The notes beneath the pieces are model-generated. The model was not told the DNA's origin. It saw only the letters and a list, made by a program, of their open reading frames with translations, and made no database searches. A program made the translations under genes and the position numbers. From Candidatus Latescibacterota bacterium (GTDB lineage Bacteria > Latescibacterota > UBA2968 > UBA8231): a DNA stretch of 64,000 nucleotides. Of this stretch, positions 63,560 through 64,000 are shown piece after piece. The stretch lies in the NCBI GenBank assembly GCA_965248355.1, contig OZ252098.1:4096001-4160000 (forward strand). Direction: 5' to 3'. Positions within the stretch are counted from its first letter, which is position 1. Every line of letters starts with the position of its first letter.

Positions 63560-64000
63560 ACTCCGCAGCCGCAGCCCTCGCCATCCTTCCGGTCGCCCTG
63601 GCCGCCACGGGAGCCTTCGGCGGCGTCGGTGACAACTCGCCCCGGGCCCTGGCCCTCGGGCGCTCGTACACGGCCCTGGCCCGGGGGCCGGAGGCCGCGT
63701 TCTGGAACCCGGCCAACCTGGGCTTGAGGAGCAGCCCCCGCTTCAAGTGGGAGATGCTGGCCGCCGGCATCGGCCTGGTGGCCGAGAACAACGCCTTCTC
63801 GGTGAAGGCCTACAACGACCACTTCACCGACGACGAGCACATCCTCACCGACAGGGACAAGCAGGACCTGCTCGGCGAGGTGCCGGGGAGCGGTCTGAGG
63901 TTCAACCTGGACCTCATGCCTTCGGTCATCGCCGGCCTCCCCCTCAACGGCGGCGCCGCCTTCCCCATGCCCTGGGGCATCCACGGCGCCGTCACCACCG
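63556..64000 (+). CDS. FadL/PorV-like (DUF5723-like) outer-membrane barrel, 3'-truncated
   Basis: GTG overlaps the upstream stop; MNSAAAALAILPVALAATGAFG...PRALALGRSYTALARGPEAAFWNPANLG; open to window end; absent from the ORF track. Confidence 0.72.
   Translation, partial: MNSAAAALAILPVALAATGAFGGVGDNSPRALALGRSYTALARGPEAAFWNPANLGLRSSPRFKWEMLAAGIGLVAENNAFSVKAYNDHFTDDEHILTDRDKQDLLGEVPGSGLRFNLDLMPSVIAGLPLNGGAAFPMPWGIHGAVTT

Overview
High-GC bacterial chromosomal window. It is inferred to come from an FCB-superphylum candidate lineage, probably Latescibacterota-like; this rests on 16S h44 signatures, PorV/T9SS-type genes and a group II GGGP synthase, and was not verified by search. Most of the window is core genome: skp-fabZ-pyrB, a complete rrn operon (16S-tRNA-Ile-23S-5S), an EF-G paralogue, yebC-ruvCAB-tsaB, holB-rsmA, ilvE, lysA, tadA-tRNA-Ser-Ser-Ala-SRP RNA-dnaX-recR, pgsA-pgpA-recA-recX-alaS, GGGPS-ptsH-ptsI-metK. 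Two multi-gene accessory modules stand out. (1) A tightly coupled 8-gene minus-strand operon (39813-46983) built around a GlmL/MutL-like ASKHA ATPase with no B12 mutase beside it, plus a hybrid-motif/KOW protein and four membrane proteins that look like two paralogous pairs; this is the best candidate for an undescribed system. (2) A TonB-dependent receptor + CTD-bearing secreted protein + PorV-like barrel + TPR lipoprotein + Yej/Opp ABC importer locus with no SusD. The rRNAs carry substitutions at normally invariant positions (23S 2056-2058 GGA>AAU including A2058U, a rewritten H71 loop, and four mismatches at the EUB338 site). Other oddities: a glycogenin-like GT8, a 37-aa basic peptide missed by the ORF track, tadA ending inside a tRNA-Ser gene, and a large Alu-domain SRP RNA. 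No mobile element, integrase or CRISPR array was seen. All assignments come from motif recognition by eye; no database searches were run.
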